Positions 1 through 14,270 of a stretch of 64,000 nt of DNA are shown piece by piece. Location: NCBI GenBank assembly GCA_003344405.1, contig NOWV01000001.1:248001-312000 (forward strand), given 5' to 3'. This DNA is from Trichoplax sp. H2 (Eukaryota). Under the pieces are notes generated by a model. It did not search any database, was not told the origin of the DNA, and worked only from the letters and a program-made list of their open reading frames with translations. Position 1 is the stretch's first letter. Each line of letters opens with the position of its first letter. Position numbers and translations under genes: made by a program.

Positions 1-1924
1 GAATGGCGGGCAAGTTAAATTATTTGATTGGTTAAGCTTTGATCCGGACTTGAGTACAAGATATAGTACTTTGTATCGTATTCACAGTATAAAGTATTGT
101 AATATTGTCATTCTTGCACTCTATCGTCTACCGTGCAGCATCATGGGCCATCGCCGCAGAGTCAGTACGGGTACAGTCATGATTTATGTTACGGAACTAT
201 GCATTGGTACCTGTTTCCGAGTAGTGTGGTTTCGAGCAGTCGATATTCAAACAAGAATTTGATAGGAGGAGGATCTTGCACTCCATGATTCCCTTACAAC
301 AAGCTACAGCCTGAGAGTAGATTTTGTTTCTGCTAACAATCCTTCGGAATGGTAATCACTAGCCAGAATAAACCCTAACAAATAAATCACGGTCTACGAG
401 TCCAATAGTATTGAACTACTGTATTTTGAAGGTTTCAATGCGCCACAATACTAATTCATTCGCCAAGCTCCTTCCTTTTGCAGCAACCTTGACTAATATA
501 CTATTACGGTATACAAATTTCTTGACATCAGATCTGCTATGGGGTGCTCGCCTTGAGACGATAAATAAGGCATAACTACAGTACTGTATTTTTGAAAGTG
601 ATACTTTTCCATGGTACTCTTTAATCTTAATATGATGTGAGTATTGTTCAATAAAAGATTGCATTTAGCAATCGGGCCTCAATTCTTGCATTAATAATAT
701 TATTACTTTACTGTATGGTTAATAATGTTGAGCTACGATTCATCAACGAAAGCTCCCCCAGTTACAAGTACTGTAGAATCTAGCGTCTATCTGACTATTG
801 GATTCGCAACACTGTAATTCTTTCTTTACAAATTCTCTATACAGTACTTTATCATCAACCTATTCAGTCAAGTTATCATTCAATTGACAACATAATTTCA
901 ATATGACTCAATTTATTACATCATTTCTTCATTTATGAAATGCATGGAGAATAGAATAACTAAGTTAGTACAAGTGCTAAAATACTACATATTCATATCA
1001 TCAGATATGAACAGTTTATCTATAAAATAAGGACATCGAAACTTTTCAAAGCTAATGCAACAATAGTACCACTCAGGAGAGTAATAAAGTTCCATGTAGG
1101 CTTCGACAATTTTAATATTTAAACTAGGAGAAATTTATCCCATATATAATAAAAAAAACATGGGAGACACTGTACTGCATACCAGCAGTATAACATGATT
1201 GTACATCATATTTTAACTTAAGAATACGATATGATGTCAGATTGATAACGTCACTTCAATGACAGCAACATAAATAAACTTCTATACCAGTTGGCTTGTA
1301 AACTTATTAAAATTATTGGCAAAATTGAGTACTGTAAAACAAGTTTTATCAGCATAGATTAATTACTTAAAGAGCAAAATAATAACGTAGACGAAAATTT
1401 TCAAAACATTCTGGTATTAACGATAGACAAGTGTTCATAATTAATAATACTGATACTATTATCTCCATTAAATCGGTTTAACTCAATTGAATTAACCAAT
1501 ATCTAATGTAGAAATAGCACTAAAAATGATTAACAATCATTGATCTAAAATTACACATACAGAATCATATAAACACAGAGTGATAATATCAAATTACTTT
1601 ACTATACCGTCACAAGACGAGAACAAAAAATGCCATCCACTAAGTAATTATTTTCCATACTATCAGTTATCATGGCTGTAGAGATAGAATACGGCGTTCT
1701 TACTATCCTGATAGTATATGAATTATTTAATTAAGAGATAGCACAGGGTAGATCGCTAGATATCTGGAAAAGTGTCGATCATTCTACTTTTCAAATCGTA
1801 GCTTTCATACTTATCAATTAATCCGCTGTTGAATAATCAAATTACCATCATATATTTATGAATAAAATATGACTTTGTATGGACCTTTTCTAATTAAGTT
1901 TTTGTATCATACGCTACAAATATT

Positions 1925-4900
1925 TTAGCAGCATCTTTTAGCCAAAGGATTTTTATACTTGTGAAAGCGACGACGGCGTTGATCTCGTTCTTTTAGTATC
2001 TTTCTTAATTCTGTCATTTTTGTTCGAGTTATTTCGTTTTGATGTTTCGATTTGTCGATATTGTTATTGCATATTGGTATTCCATGATTGTTAACTGTCT
2101 CATTAGCTGTAGAATTGCAAGAATTGTTCTTATCGAACAACGTATGACCTTGCTGTTGCATTGTTGCTGCAATCAAATCGTTGAGAATATGGCGAACGGT
2201 TGTAGCATCACGCCTCAGGCATCCTCTGTTATCAAAACAGCACGATTTAAATCTACCGGAAAATTTACCAGCATAAATTCCATTATCTTTCTTTTTGATA
2301 TATATGTTCGTATTACTGGATGAGGGCATCACATCATCCTTAACTTTGCTAAGCTCATGAACTATTTTCTCATTGCATTCTGTAGACAAAAAATAAGTGT
2401 TAAAATTCATTTAGTAAATCTGTGATCAATAAACGCTGCTGAAAAATTACGCACTAGCAAGCCTAATGACGGTCCATGTACTGCAAATTACATGATGACC
2501 ATATACTATAAATGTAGGTTACTTTACAATACTACCCCAATATTAAAACGACCTACTAACACTTAATGAGTAGATATGCACTGTAATATGGATTTCAGCA
2601 CGATAAAATATCAATTTTTCTTTAGTAATTCATATTTTATCGTCATCTAAACTTATGCAAAACATAAAATATCGTTTAGACTATAACAAAATTAATCAGT
2701 AAAGTAGTAATGCAATATATTTTTGCAATAATGCTTAATCATGCCACTAAATTGAGAATAGAGATTAAACAATAATGCCTTATGTGACGGCCATTATCGC
2801 ACGATATACAGCACCATATTTTAGTAAAAATAATTACTTCCAATATAATACAATAAACTTATAGGGTTTATATTTTGATATAGAAAGCAAAAGTATGACT
2901 AATATAACTTATTGCCAAGTAACGCCAGTTTACACATCAATGCGTAGGCAATCAAATTTACCTGCTGTCATATGCCTCGAAGAAACGCGTGGGATGGAAG
3001 ATAACTGTATTTGTACCAAAACTAAGCGACCTTCCAGTTGGACTGGCAATGTCAATAATTTCCTACCGCACAAAAAGGCTTCGACCTATAACCACATGTT
3101 CAAAATTCACGTCGTTAATAACATTAGGAATTTATTGTATGTGAATTACCAATAATATAACTGAAAGCCTTAGTCATTAAAAATTTGATTCTTATTGTCT
3201 ACAATTTGATATTTTGTTATCTTTGTAAAATACCCAATATAATGCCTGAAACGCCTTCTAATATACAGATTACAGTCTAGACGATCGTTTATAAAGACTG
3301 TCACTAAGTGTTAAGATTAGCCTAAGATAACCATTTTTTATTACATTTAAGTGAATACTTTTTTAAATATGGTAAGTAAACGTTATAATCTGGGACTCTT
3401 ATAATGATAACGTACACGGTAATCCTCACCCCATAATGCTATAACGAAAATAAAATGATCTATAACGTATAAAAGAAATCATAGGAGGAAGAACTTATTA
3501 CTTTATACTATATACATAAATATAGACAATGCTCAATCAAACATATTTAGGTATCACTTCCTATTAAATTAACTATGAATCCATCATTTCAATTTATCCA
3601 GGTGCATAACGATCTACAATGGATTCAACTATGCAATTACATGGATGAGTAAGTACATATAAAAGCCCTTTATATTATATTATAGTCATGTCGTAATTAA
3701 GTCAAATTAATTATTTTACCTGCTTTATGATAATAGATAATTAGAGTCACGTACATTATTTATATGATTTCAACAGTATCGAAATGATACTTCTTGATCA
3801 ATATGTATAACGCAATGATAATACATGAATGAGTGAACCTATCCTACTGTATATTAGATTTTACGTAAAACAAGGTTAGTTGACTACCTGTAGCAACTAC
3901 TACAAATGAAATTTGTCTAAATGACATTAAACTTTATTGAAGGCTAATAAACTGCAATTTTTTTAGTTTAAAAATGAGTCACTTTGTCGTGTACAAACAA
4001 CGCACGTCAAGGAAGTAGTAACATATTAAAGCTGGGAGTATGACCAAGAATTAAATCAATTATGATACGAACGCTAGCAAAAATTACCATAATGTAAATT
4101 ATTATCCCTTTATCGCACTTAATTGGCAGCAAAAGATGATAAAACGGGGGGGGGGAATAGTAAAGCAAACTCAAGTCTTAGAATCACTTCTTTAAATATT
4201 GATTGAATAAAAAAAGGAGTTAGAAATTGTAACGGTTCAATACAATATTTGATTCTCATGATACACGTGCAAAATAGGAAGATCCATTGAAAATTATTAT
4301 TGATACTGCGACTTCCTCATCTTGACGATGATGATGCTGATGAGTAAACAAATATTACAGATTGGTTACAATGAATACCATTCGAATAAGCAAAGACAAC
4401 TCTCAGACGCATTTGTCTACATCGATTGCTATGTAAATTCTATTACGGAGGTGTTGGTATGACGAGAAGTAATTTGCAACTATATTGCATCATTGTACAG
4501 TAATAAAATAAGTTATTTTATCCTTTATGAAAATGTATAATTTCTTTTACAATCAGGATAATGCTTTCATATTGATCGAGTATTTATCATTACGTTCTGC
4601 AACGATAACTATTTAAAGAGTAGCGATCAAATGACGCATAAAATAATATCTATGGAATGGTCTTGTATAACAACAATGAAATTAGATATAATGGCTCGTA
4701 ATTCTAATAGTTCTGAAACTTATGTCATAATGAAAGGGGTATCATCTTTTTCCTCTATTATTTGAATACATTCTAAATTGACTAATTTCTGATAAAAGCA
4801 TCAATATTCTCATGACAGAGAAAGAAATCATTAATAACCAGCTTCGTTCATCTGGTATGACTCATGCATGATTATGAAGTTGACAGAAACTGCTTGAAAA

Positions 4901-7900
4901 TGTAAATGAATAAAGATAACGTTCATGATATACTATTCATGTTACTTTGTTTTCTATATACAGACACTTCTACATACTGCATGTAATTCATTAAAAATGT
5001 ACAGTATACTGTAGAAACTATGATTAGTTTGAGATTTGTTGAGAAAACTTATACAGTATGTGCATTACACACTGTACTAAATCTAGGATTTATATATTTG
5101 ATGATTCTATTAAATTACCATAAGTAAAAGATAATTATTAACCGATACCTTAGTGCACTCAATCAACTGTCGTCTGAAGTTATATGTACTGATAATACAA
5201 TGTAACATTCGCATTAAGGTTATCCTACATGCTGCAATATAAATGACGTACAGTGCCTATAAACTAAATCGTCATATTAATAGTACTATCTGTAAAGTGA
5301 AAATTTATCAGACAATAGTAGAATGGAAAATGGACAACGTCCGATTAAATTTGTTTAGGGCGAGTGCAGAGAAAGTAAAGAAAGAGCGTGCGTGATATTA
5401 CTCCGACAGTGGAAACCCTTTACTGTTCAATTCAATCATGATAAATTATCAGTATGGACTATCACGGCAACTACAATGATAGTCTATCCAAATTGAGGGT
5501 ATTAATACTGTAACACTAGCAATGATAGGAAGTGACGAAATCACCATCTCCTACTATGTCTTGTGGGGCTATTGTAAATGAAAGAACAGTGTAAATAATT
5601 TCTAAAATAAAATAAAAAATGACTTTTGTACTTGTACCTTAGTTTAGTACCTGCTACAGTAAATTGTCAAAGACGCGTTATGTACCTATCATGACCATTA
5701 ACAAGTTATAATTCTGTGTTATCCCTCATTTGATTTACAATCGAATGCATTAAATTAAATCTAGCCTACATACTGTAATATACGTTGGCATTTGTGTGGT
5801 ATTTTGATAAAAAATTAAATATCTACCATGTCATAGTTTTACCCTTTTTAAATGATAGCTCTTAAGATATCAACAAGATAATTTAGTAACAGTATCAAAC
5901 CGCCAATATATGGAAAAGTAAAATTTTATGCAATAGATATAATAGGACAATAAGAAAAATATTGAACCAAATCAATTAATAAGAGTCAAGAAGTTGATTC
6001 AATCTTGAAAATCTAAACAATACCACAAGTAATACATATGCATCAAAATTTTATCGACTATCATCATTGTTCCACTATGTGAAAATTTTCACTAAGCGAA
6101 GGACGCAATAACAGGCGAAAGAAAAGGATAGGAACTGAAAGTTGAAAGGCAAAATTTAAAAGTAACAATATCATAAACTACGTATAATAAATTGCTGAAA
6201 ATCTAGACTATTATCGCATGGAATTTGATGCTATGAAAGGGTTGGCTATAAGTGAAAAGAATAATACAGTGGCAAATGAAAGGGTACCTATCATTTGCCA
6301 ATTATTTGATTATGCAATCAATTACTTCCTCCCTACGACCTAATAAAGTTGTCATCATGCATTAAGAAAAGCCACTGAGACAAAGATTTGCGTGAAAAAT
6401 TAAAATTACCAGTAATCATTAATTAATTAATACTGCCATTGACTATTTCAATCTTGCGTAGCATGTCTCTGCAGTCACCTTCATCTTAAAATTAAACCAG
6501 ACACTAACGGCTGATGTGTAGATTCAAATAATAACTTTTTCCTACTCAATACAATCGCTGATGAATGTTATTGAAACCTCAAGAGAAAAATATTGTAATA
6601 ATCTTTACATAGACTTTTATGTATATGCACAAGTTGCGATTTACCGTATAACATCAAAAATAACAATGTCATGACCCATACTGTGCTAGTATAACTGATA
6701 TCGTAAAAATAGCAGACGCTATATTGAAAGTACATGTAATTTCGAGATCTAGCTAGGTTTGGGTACGATAATAAGCGTTACAAATTCTATTGACAACTAC
6801 AGCTCTAGGTACTGTACTGTGATCATGTTGTAAGCCAATAATGTTTTATTCATCATGTTGATGAATTAGTAACTAAAATACATACGATATGTAGGAAAAT
6901 GATATTATTATAAGGCAGTCAATTTTAAACTATAATATGTCTTATATGAATAAAGCTATAGCTATTGCACGTATACAAAATGGTATACGGAATGAATAAG
7001 TCATGAATCAATATAGCTACATTATGTATGTATTAATTATCATGTTTCTAAGAAAAAGAAAATTACCGTTTAAGGTAAATATTTTATACTTTATAAAACT
7101 AAAACTAAAATATTGTAATTTGTTGGTAAATATGGACTAACTTTGAATAGGTGAGGGTAAGAATGAATGAATGGCTTTAGTTCTGACGTATGAATAAGAT
7201 AGTTAAATTTTAATTACTTTGGGAATAACATAAAAAATGATAACATAAAATAGTAACGGTAATATCATATTAATGTACTTAGTTTTTGTGCAACATCAGA
7301 CCTGTAAAAATATTGTTACCAATATTGTTAATGCATGAAACCGATACTAGCTAGGTGCAACTTGGCGAGAAAAGTTATAGAGTGCAGAGTAAAAAATAAC
7401 AGTAGTATGGGGGTGGTAACTTATAAAGTTCATGTAAAGGTGAACTAAGCTGCCTACATCTAATTTAAAAACCATCTATTGATATAGTTGATGGGTGGAG
7501 GAGGAGGAGGAGGTGGAGATGAAAGATACAGAAAAAAGTGATCACCATAGATTTTGTTAGTCAACACCGCCCATTATTTTTTTCCGAGGTGTTTATTTTT
7601 AACAAGAACTATTCTAATCCATCATAAACTTAGCCGCCAGTTGACAGGCGCTATAATTTAATCTGTACTTTTTGGTCAGCTAGAGTTTACGAGAATTTCA
7701 TGCGACAACATTATATCGCGATATTTATTTTATGACTATCTAAAAAAACACTTAATCTACTTTGATAATAATTATTATATCTATCATCCTTGAAATATCT
7801 ACACTAAAAATGAAAATGGTCAATCGATCAATATCTTATTTCAGTCATGCAGACAGATAAGCAATGAAGCTTGATTATAACTTGCAAAATAATAGCAAAT

Positions 7901-10634
7901 TGCATTCTACAGTAGTGTGCACTAGAAGGAAATACATGCAAAAGAGACATAATAACATTCTATGACTTCATAATTTTGCGTAATTATTCACGAGAACTAA
8001 CTAAAAATAGATAAAGATTACAATATTTGACTCTAAGAAAGAAACATTGTTTCAACCTGGATATAACAGTAAAGAGGAAATGGACAATCTTGCTATAATA
8101 TTATATCAATGAGCAATTAACTAATATATCTTTCTAACGTAATACCCTATTCTTGACTTGAAGTAAATATTGCCAATATTGTCAATTATAGAAAAATTAT
8201 TAGTATTATTGCAAATGATGACAATTTGCAGTATGGAAAAAACTCCATTTGTTATCTTACAAATTTGATATCGTATAAGTAGATTCAATATCAAAAAGGT
8301 ATTACTATAAAAACTAGCGTAGCAATTAAAAATGTTGAAGTAGGGAAATGATTGCAACAATACAGGATGAAGGAAGGGTAAATTATTGATTTGATATACC
8401 AAAGAATAAAATTCTCCCCCCCCCCGTATTTCAACAACAGACAATAATAAAGCAGATATTTTTATACATTGACAACTAGGTAGGTTTCGTGGTGGTCGAG
8501 ATAGATGCGTTCTGTTCTCGAATATGGAGGTATCAAAAATGTGTGAAAGAGCAAAGAATAAATGCATAGAAAACAAAGAGCATGACTAAAATAGAATAAC
8601 TTTAAAACGAGCCGGAGGAAAGAAGGAAACCCGACTAACAATGACATGAAAACAAAAAACAAGATGTAAGATTGCATAAAAATCTCAAAATAGATTGCAA
8701 ATTTGACTCTCATTTCACAGTACAACCCTGTCATTAAATAAAATGATCAAAGATGCGGCTATAATAAGGTTACATTAATACTATGGTTTATGAATGAAAT
8801 CTCGAACAACAACACTGTATTTCAATGTTGTCCAGCAAATAAAAGATGATAGGATAATATTAGATTATACGATTACTTACTTGTGCATCTGATAAGCAAT
8901 CCAGGCTTCTTACTGGTGTTGTACTACAAGGGCTGTGCCAATTCTAATCGTTTAATAAAAAAATGATCATATTAATACCATACAACTAGGTAATATGCAA
9001 TTTGAATGATGACTATTAAAATTCTGCTAGTGTGAAGGTACCAAAAAGAATGAAAGCAATAGAACGCATTTATGAACTATAGCAGAAAAGGTGCAGAACG
9101 TTTTAAGCTATCATTTTGCATGACGAGTATATGATCATATCTGGTAAAGCAAGCATGCTAGCATATTGGTCATTTTATTCTAGTTGACAACAAATTAGTG
9201 AGAGATGGGAGATTGCACTGTACCCTGGGTAGATTAATTTTATAATTAGAATGTTTTTCAATTAAGTTGAAAAAATTTAACCAAGCAGCAATATCATACT
9301 ATTTTACAAAAAAAAAAGCAACAATGAAATTATAAGCATTTTCAAGAGAGCAAATTGTAATTATTGTAATTAATCTAGGAGGTTATCTCAATGTATCGGT
9401 ACGTTGATTCGATCAAATTCTACGGTGTTATACTGTAGAAAGATACATTCCAATTGATGAAATAATTATAACTTACTACGGGATACAGCTTTGGTCGATC
9501 ATGTTCGAATAAATGTAAAGTACAACTAGATGGTATATGAAATACTCGTATACCCAATTGAATCCACAAGACTGTACCAACATTTTACGCTCATAAAAAC
9601 AACTAGCAATAATCTCTTCAACAATCAACTGTACTCCAGCAGTAGTTGCTATCAATACTACTTTGCTTCACGTAATTGTTAAGTTAGGGCACATATTCAA
9701 TTTAATTTAAATGTAGAAATTATATGGAGTTGACTAAATTTAAAATGAATTCAACTCGTATTATGGCATATTATTCAAAAATGACTGAATGAAGAATTGA
9801 TAGGGAAAGAGTGAATTTCGTATACAAATCCCATCCACGTCTAGACTGACGCTCTATTTCATGGTTAACACCTTAGTTCACTATTACTATTTACATGACC
9901 AAAATATTTGATCCACTACATCGTATATTATAGTTTCCAGATAGCCACCGATGGCGTAGATACTTTGTTTAAATCAATTTTGTATGATTGCGTACTAACG
10001 TACGTAAGGCAATATTTATCGGTACAAGTGCAAGAAGTCCAAAACGAATTCTTCAAATAAAAGAAACCCTCAGACTTACCTTGAAACCAGTTTCTATAGT
10101 TGTTAATAACTTTATTGATGATCCAGAACCGACACCATTTGCTAACAGTAATCCTTTTGTCAGATTTCTAATTATTGTTAAGATATCGATAGATGGGATA
10201 GATAGTTAGCTCTATGTTACAAAGTGTTAAAATGTTGATCATCCATTGAAAAAAACTTTTAAACAAGCAGTAAAGTAATAAAATGATAAAAACTGAATCT
10301 ATAACATTCAATTTTCTTTTACTTTACTAGAATATTGATGATAATATAGGTTGCTGTGATATCGGGCTTACCTTTCCTTGTAGACGAGGGAGATTTTATC
10401 GATAGGCAAGCCAATGCGTGAAGCAATTCTTCCTTTTAAATCATCTACAGTTTCACGACAACTGACGTGGAATGGTAGTCGTGCTCCAGAAGTGGATAAA
10501 ATAACCAGACGTATCTTTTGATTACATTTATTTTTCTTATATCTGGGTAAAGCATCTGTCGATGTAGATGAAATATCGGCTGCAGGAGTAGCAGCGCTAC
10601 AACTGCTGGTTTCACTGCTTGTTGGATCAATCAT
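1925..10634 (-). CDS. MIDN: Midnolin orthologue (Ubl + Catch + C-terminal basic helix), 5 coding exons, ~330 aa
   Basis: Exons joined by hand, all GT-AG and phase-compatible: 10634-10372 (M...IRLVILSTSGARLPFHVSCRETVDDLKGRIASRIGLPIDKISLVYKER), 10167-10080 (NLTKGLLLANGVGSGSSIKLLTTIETGFK), 8943-8881 (NWHSPCSTTPVRSLDCLSDAQ), 3085-2962 (VEAFLCGRKLLTLPVQLEGRLVLVQIQL...), 2379-1925 (...GIYAGKFSGRFKSCCFDNRGCLRRDATTVRHILNDLIAAT...QNEITRTKMTELRKILKERDQRRRR...). As recalled, these follow human midnolin in order: Ubl (..GVGDGSKLTLVPTVEAGL), Catch1 ([38 protein letters not shown]), Catch2 (GVFSGTFSGTL..RRDIGTILQILNDLLSAT) and the C-helix (ENRATRCKVERLQLLLQQKRLRR). Confidence 0.92.
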
Positions 10635-13600
10635 GTTGGTTGTAATAGTCAGGTTTAAATTTGGTTTAACAGGCTGAATTGAAGCTATCGACGTGAGGAC
10701 TGGATCAATCTCTCTTGCTTTCTTTTTTGACCAACGGTAGTCGTAGTAGTAGCAGCAACAACAACAACAACAACACTAATTATCCAGTCTGAAATGGATA
10801 TTGAATTTCATACGATGTCAAAATTATTATATTATTATCAATTAAAGTGAAGGTAATTATAGCTGTTAGCAAGTCCGATCAAGTTTACAAGGTGTATGTA
10901 TAAGGTAAAACTTTGCCTAACTAGTTAATATAAGCATGTCTTGAATTTAACGTATTGTAATTATACTGTATAATTAACTTAAGTTAAAAAGAAAAAAACA
11001 ATAATAAATACAATTGATCAAAATTGAATTCGGCATTTTTGAAAATGAAAACTTGCACAGTATATTGTAGAAAACGATAGACCATGATAACGACAGTAAC
11101 GATTACTATTATCTTATTAGCGTACTATCGACAGTATTTCAGAGCAAAAAATTCATTTTTTTTTTTGCATGTTTTAATAACAAGATGATCGGCGGCTGTA
11201 GCCTGATTATCAATTTCGTTAGCCAATATTACCTTGTATACTACTATCAATGATACCTAGATAAGATTATCGTACAAACTCGACATACAATACACGTTAT
11301 CAGCAATCGATAAACAGCACATACGATAAAGGATGTCAATTTGTATCTACCTATGAGTCATCACCACACCGATTTGTAACTTTTAATGCGATATCGTGTT
11401 CTAGTAGATTACGAGATTATTTATAGTATTTAAAATTCTAGACAATAATAGCATTATTTTTCATTTATTTTTTTTTTATTTTTTGGGGGGTAAAGGGCTA
11501 TCCATTTGACTGGAGTAAAGTATTGTACACATACTGTATATTAACATCATAGTAAGATATTTGTCTAAGCGATGGTTTTGAAGTCAAGATCGATGATCAA
11601 TCTATTTACCCTGTCCGTCTAATTTGTGAATAGTTGTTTGTATATAGGGCGTCTAGGCGATGGAATGGGTTCGTTATTATTTTGCAAGCTATTGGTAAAA
11701 TTGAGCTATGCTGTCAATACCATCCAAGACGCCTTTAGTAAAGCATTGACAACATCGGCACCTTGTAAGTGTTATTTTGCAAGATACGCTGCCTGGATGC
11801 AATTTTAAAGTAAAATCATGACCGTAGGCGTAGATGTACGCCAGAATTGAAATAAATAAATAATTGGTTAGTAACTATACTGTACTACTGTCTAGAGTAG
11901 ATGCACTTTGGATGCATTCATTTCATTTGATGCTTTTATTATGTGTTGATGGAATGAATGGCAGGCCAACTACCAATCTACCATGTTTACGCCCTACAAT
12001 AGAAAATTCGTGCATCCGTAGGCTTGTCTATGACATCAAGATCCGGCATTTGGAGATGATAGTAAAATGTAGCGTAAAAAGGTGTGGGCGAGAGTAAGTG
12101 ATGACTTGATACAGTACCACTACTGTAGTCATTAGGCTAGAGTTTGTGGTATGCAGTAGGACTGCAACTGGAATTCTAGTCTAGACAGAGAAGAGACTGA
12201 TGATGATGGCCGATAGTATCACAGTAACTGGGATAACGCGATAGTCAGAAGTAGAGTAGAGTAGTCTCTCTTTTCTCCATACAGTACAGGATTAGTAGAG
12301 AGAGTAGAGACCAAAGGATCTCTTGTGTACAGTGCGATACCACCGTGTTGTTGTGTAAGATGAGAAATACAATTTTTACTCGACTGTTGTTATTAAGTTA
12401 ATAACATGATAATTACTGACAGTTTCAAAAAATTCAAACTATCATCACTAAAGATACGTTGCACGTCAAGCAATACACAAGCTCTGTAACAAACCTGCTA
12501 GGTTGGACGTACAGTTAACTACAACACACTCGTCGATGTACAGTATAAATAATAATAATAATGAATGATATCAATCAATAAATTAGGGAAAGAGAACTGC
12601 AAAAAATGATGAAGTTCAAAATAAATAGGATATCACCATGATCATCGTTATTATCGCCTACAGTATGTACTGTATGTACAAAATCATTCCACATTGAGCT
12701 ACTATCAAGTGGTAGACGTAATTGAATCGATTCTACGCGTCTACATTCATATACAGTACATAGACAACTGCATCCAATGGCAGAAGAGTACGATCCAATG
12801 GAAATGAAATTTGCCTATCAAGCTAATACTCCACTCATCCTATCATATAGTACAGTATAAAGAAATAGTTGTTAGGATCCTACTTTCAGTAGTCAACAAT
12901 ACTCAAATAGAATTGACCGATAGCATTCATTTTCGTCTTAGAAAATAATAATATAACGAATACGTTGTTGTATACCTGGTCAAATGATGAAGTCACTTGT
13001 ACCAAATGCTGTGTGTAATCGACGGTAGTGCCAAGGCAGCGGTAGAACAGAAAATGAGATCGAATTAGTGCACCCAATAGAGGCTGTCAAAGTCAACTAA
13101 GCCCACTTTAGTACTGCACTTTCTTGATGTTCCTATCTTGAATCTGAACTGGTTCTTATGCGATGATGTACTTACAGTGTACGTAGAATGTATTGGAACA
13201 ATTCTTGTTGCTGTCGGTCGATCGATCGATGTTTTGAACAAGGGAGGGCTTGTACTAATTAATTAATTAATTAATAAGGTGGAGAAATGAAAGTCTAGCA
13301 ATCGATAACTGGTTTGGATGAATTAATTTTCGAAATCAAACGATAGCAATCAATGTAGGACTTGAAGCGATGGGTCAAAATTGGTTTAGTTCTGATTTTG
13401 TTGCTCCTAGTAGTATTTTGTCTCCAAAGTAATGGAGCCATCCGATTGTAAACATACATATTTATATCTGCTGCAGCCGATGGTAGTTACTATATACCCA
13501 TGGCATCTATTGTTGACTGAATAAGCAACAAAACACCTACTCCCTTGACGATTGTTCATACTAATGTATTGTATAGATTACCGACAAACAAGCAACAATA

Positions 13601-13740
13601 GTCAACAACGACTAAAAGTAACTTTGGTACTGTACAGTACAGTACAAATTACTGTACAATGCAAGCAATCAGTTGGGCCCGACTGTGCTGTACAGTACGG
13701 TGTACTGTACTGTACTACAAGCGAGCGACGGATCCTTTCG

Positions 13741-14270
13741 TTGACGCGTCCTGGGCGGTGGCACGTGCCGATTGACGTAATGACGTAATTACTGAAATTG
13801 AAAACTTAATTACAATCATGATAATGAAAACGTAAACCGATTGATTGTAGCCAGGCTGTTTACTACCCACTTGAGGTATTATGAAATGCGTTGGTGGCAT
13901 CAGTAGAGCATAGTATCGACGTCAAGGAAATGCAATACATAACACTCAGCCAAGCAGACAATAAACGGGCAAAAATAGGAATCAATTCAAATTACAATGA
14001 TGAAAGAGATTTACCATTTTTTCCAAGTTCAATGAATGAACGATAGCAAGAGCAATGAAGCAAATAAAAAGAGAATCAACATGAACAAAGCTCCATCATT
14101 TGACGATACAATTCGTTATCATTACATAGTCAATACTTTTTTCCTGAGACTGAAAGCAGTCAAATCAATCAATGACTTTTCCTAGTAGCGTGTGTACGTA
14201 GTAGGTATTAGCCTGCAGGGGCTACTGATCCAATGTCATCATTCCCCCCACCCCAGCCGATTGACGTCCT
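13741..14270. promoter_or_regulatory. Putative MIDN promoter/enhancer with clustered CRE/ATF sites, an E-box and a GC-box
   Basis: A locally GC/CpG-rich patch about 3 kb upstream of the MIDN ATG. It has TGACG at 13742, GGGCGG at 13753, the palindrome GGCACGTGCC at 13760-13769, two TGACGTAA at 13773 and 13781, GACGTCA at 13918 and TGACGTC at 14262. A strong minus-strand donor (GTAAGT, G at 13175) and an acceptor before 10788 would fit a 5'-UTR intron. The TSS was not determined. Confidence 0.45.

Noticed and set aside
50-664. Short ORFs 50-262 (+) and 416-664 (-), and a possible exon at about 266-350
   Set aside because: No recognisable domain, and the candidate splice sites did not join into an open frame. 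It may be the edge of a neighbouring gene but this cannot be supported.
2380-2410. ATG at 2410 as the start of a stand-alone 161-aa protein
   Set aside because: It lies in the pyrimidine tract and acceptor of MIDN exon 5; the ORF is the last midnolin exon.
2039-3155. Plus-strand ORFs 2039-2323 and 2895-3155 (also 9988-10209, 34480-34719, 58181-58450, 59026-59220, 60511-61065, 62853-63053)
   Set aside because: Antisense shadows of real minus-strand exons.
8121-8734. 151-aa and 90-aa minus-strand ORFs within MIDN intron 3
   Set aside because: F/I/L/N-rich composition typical of random AT-rich DNA, one crosses a poly-G run, and no motifs are present.
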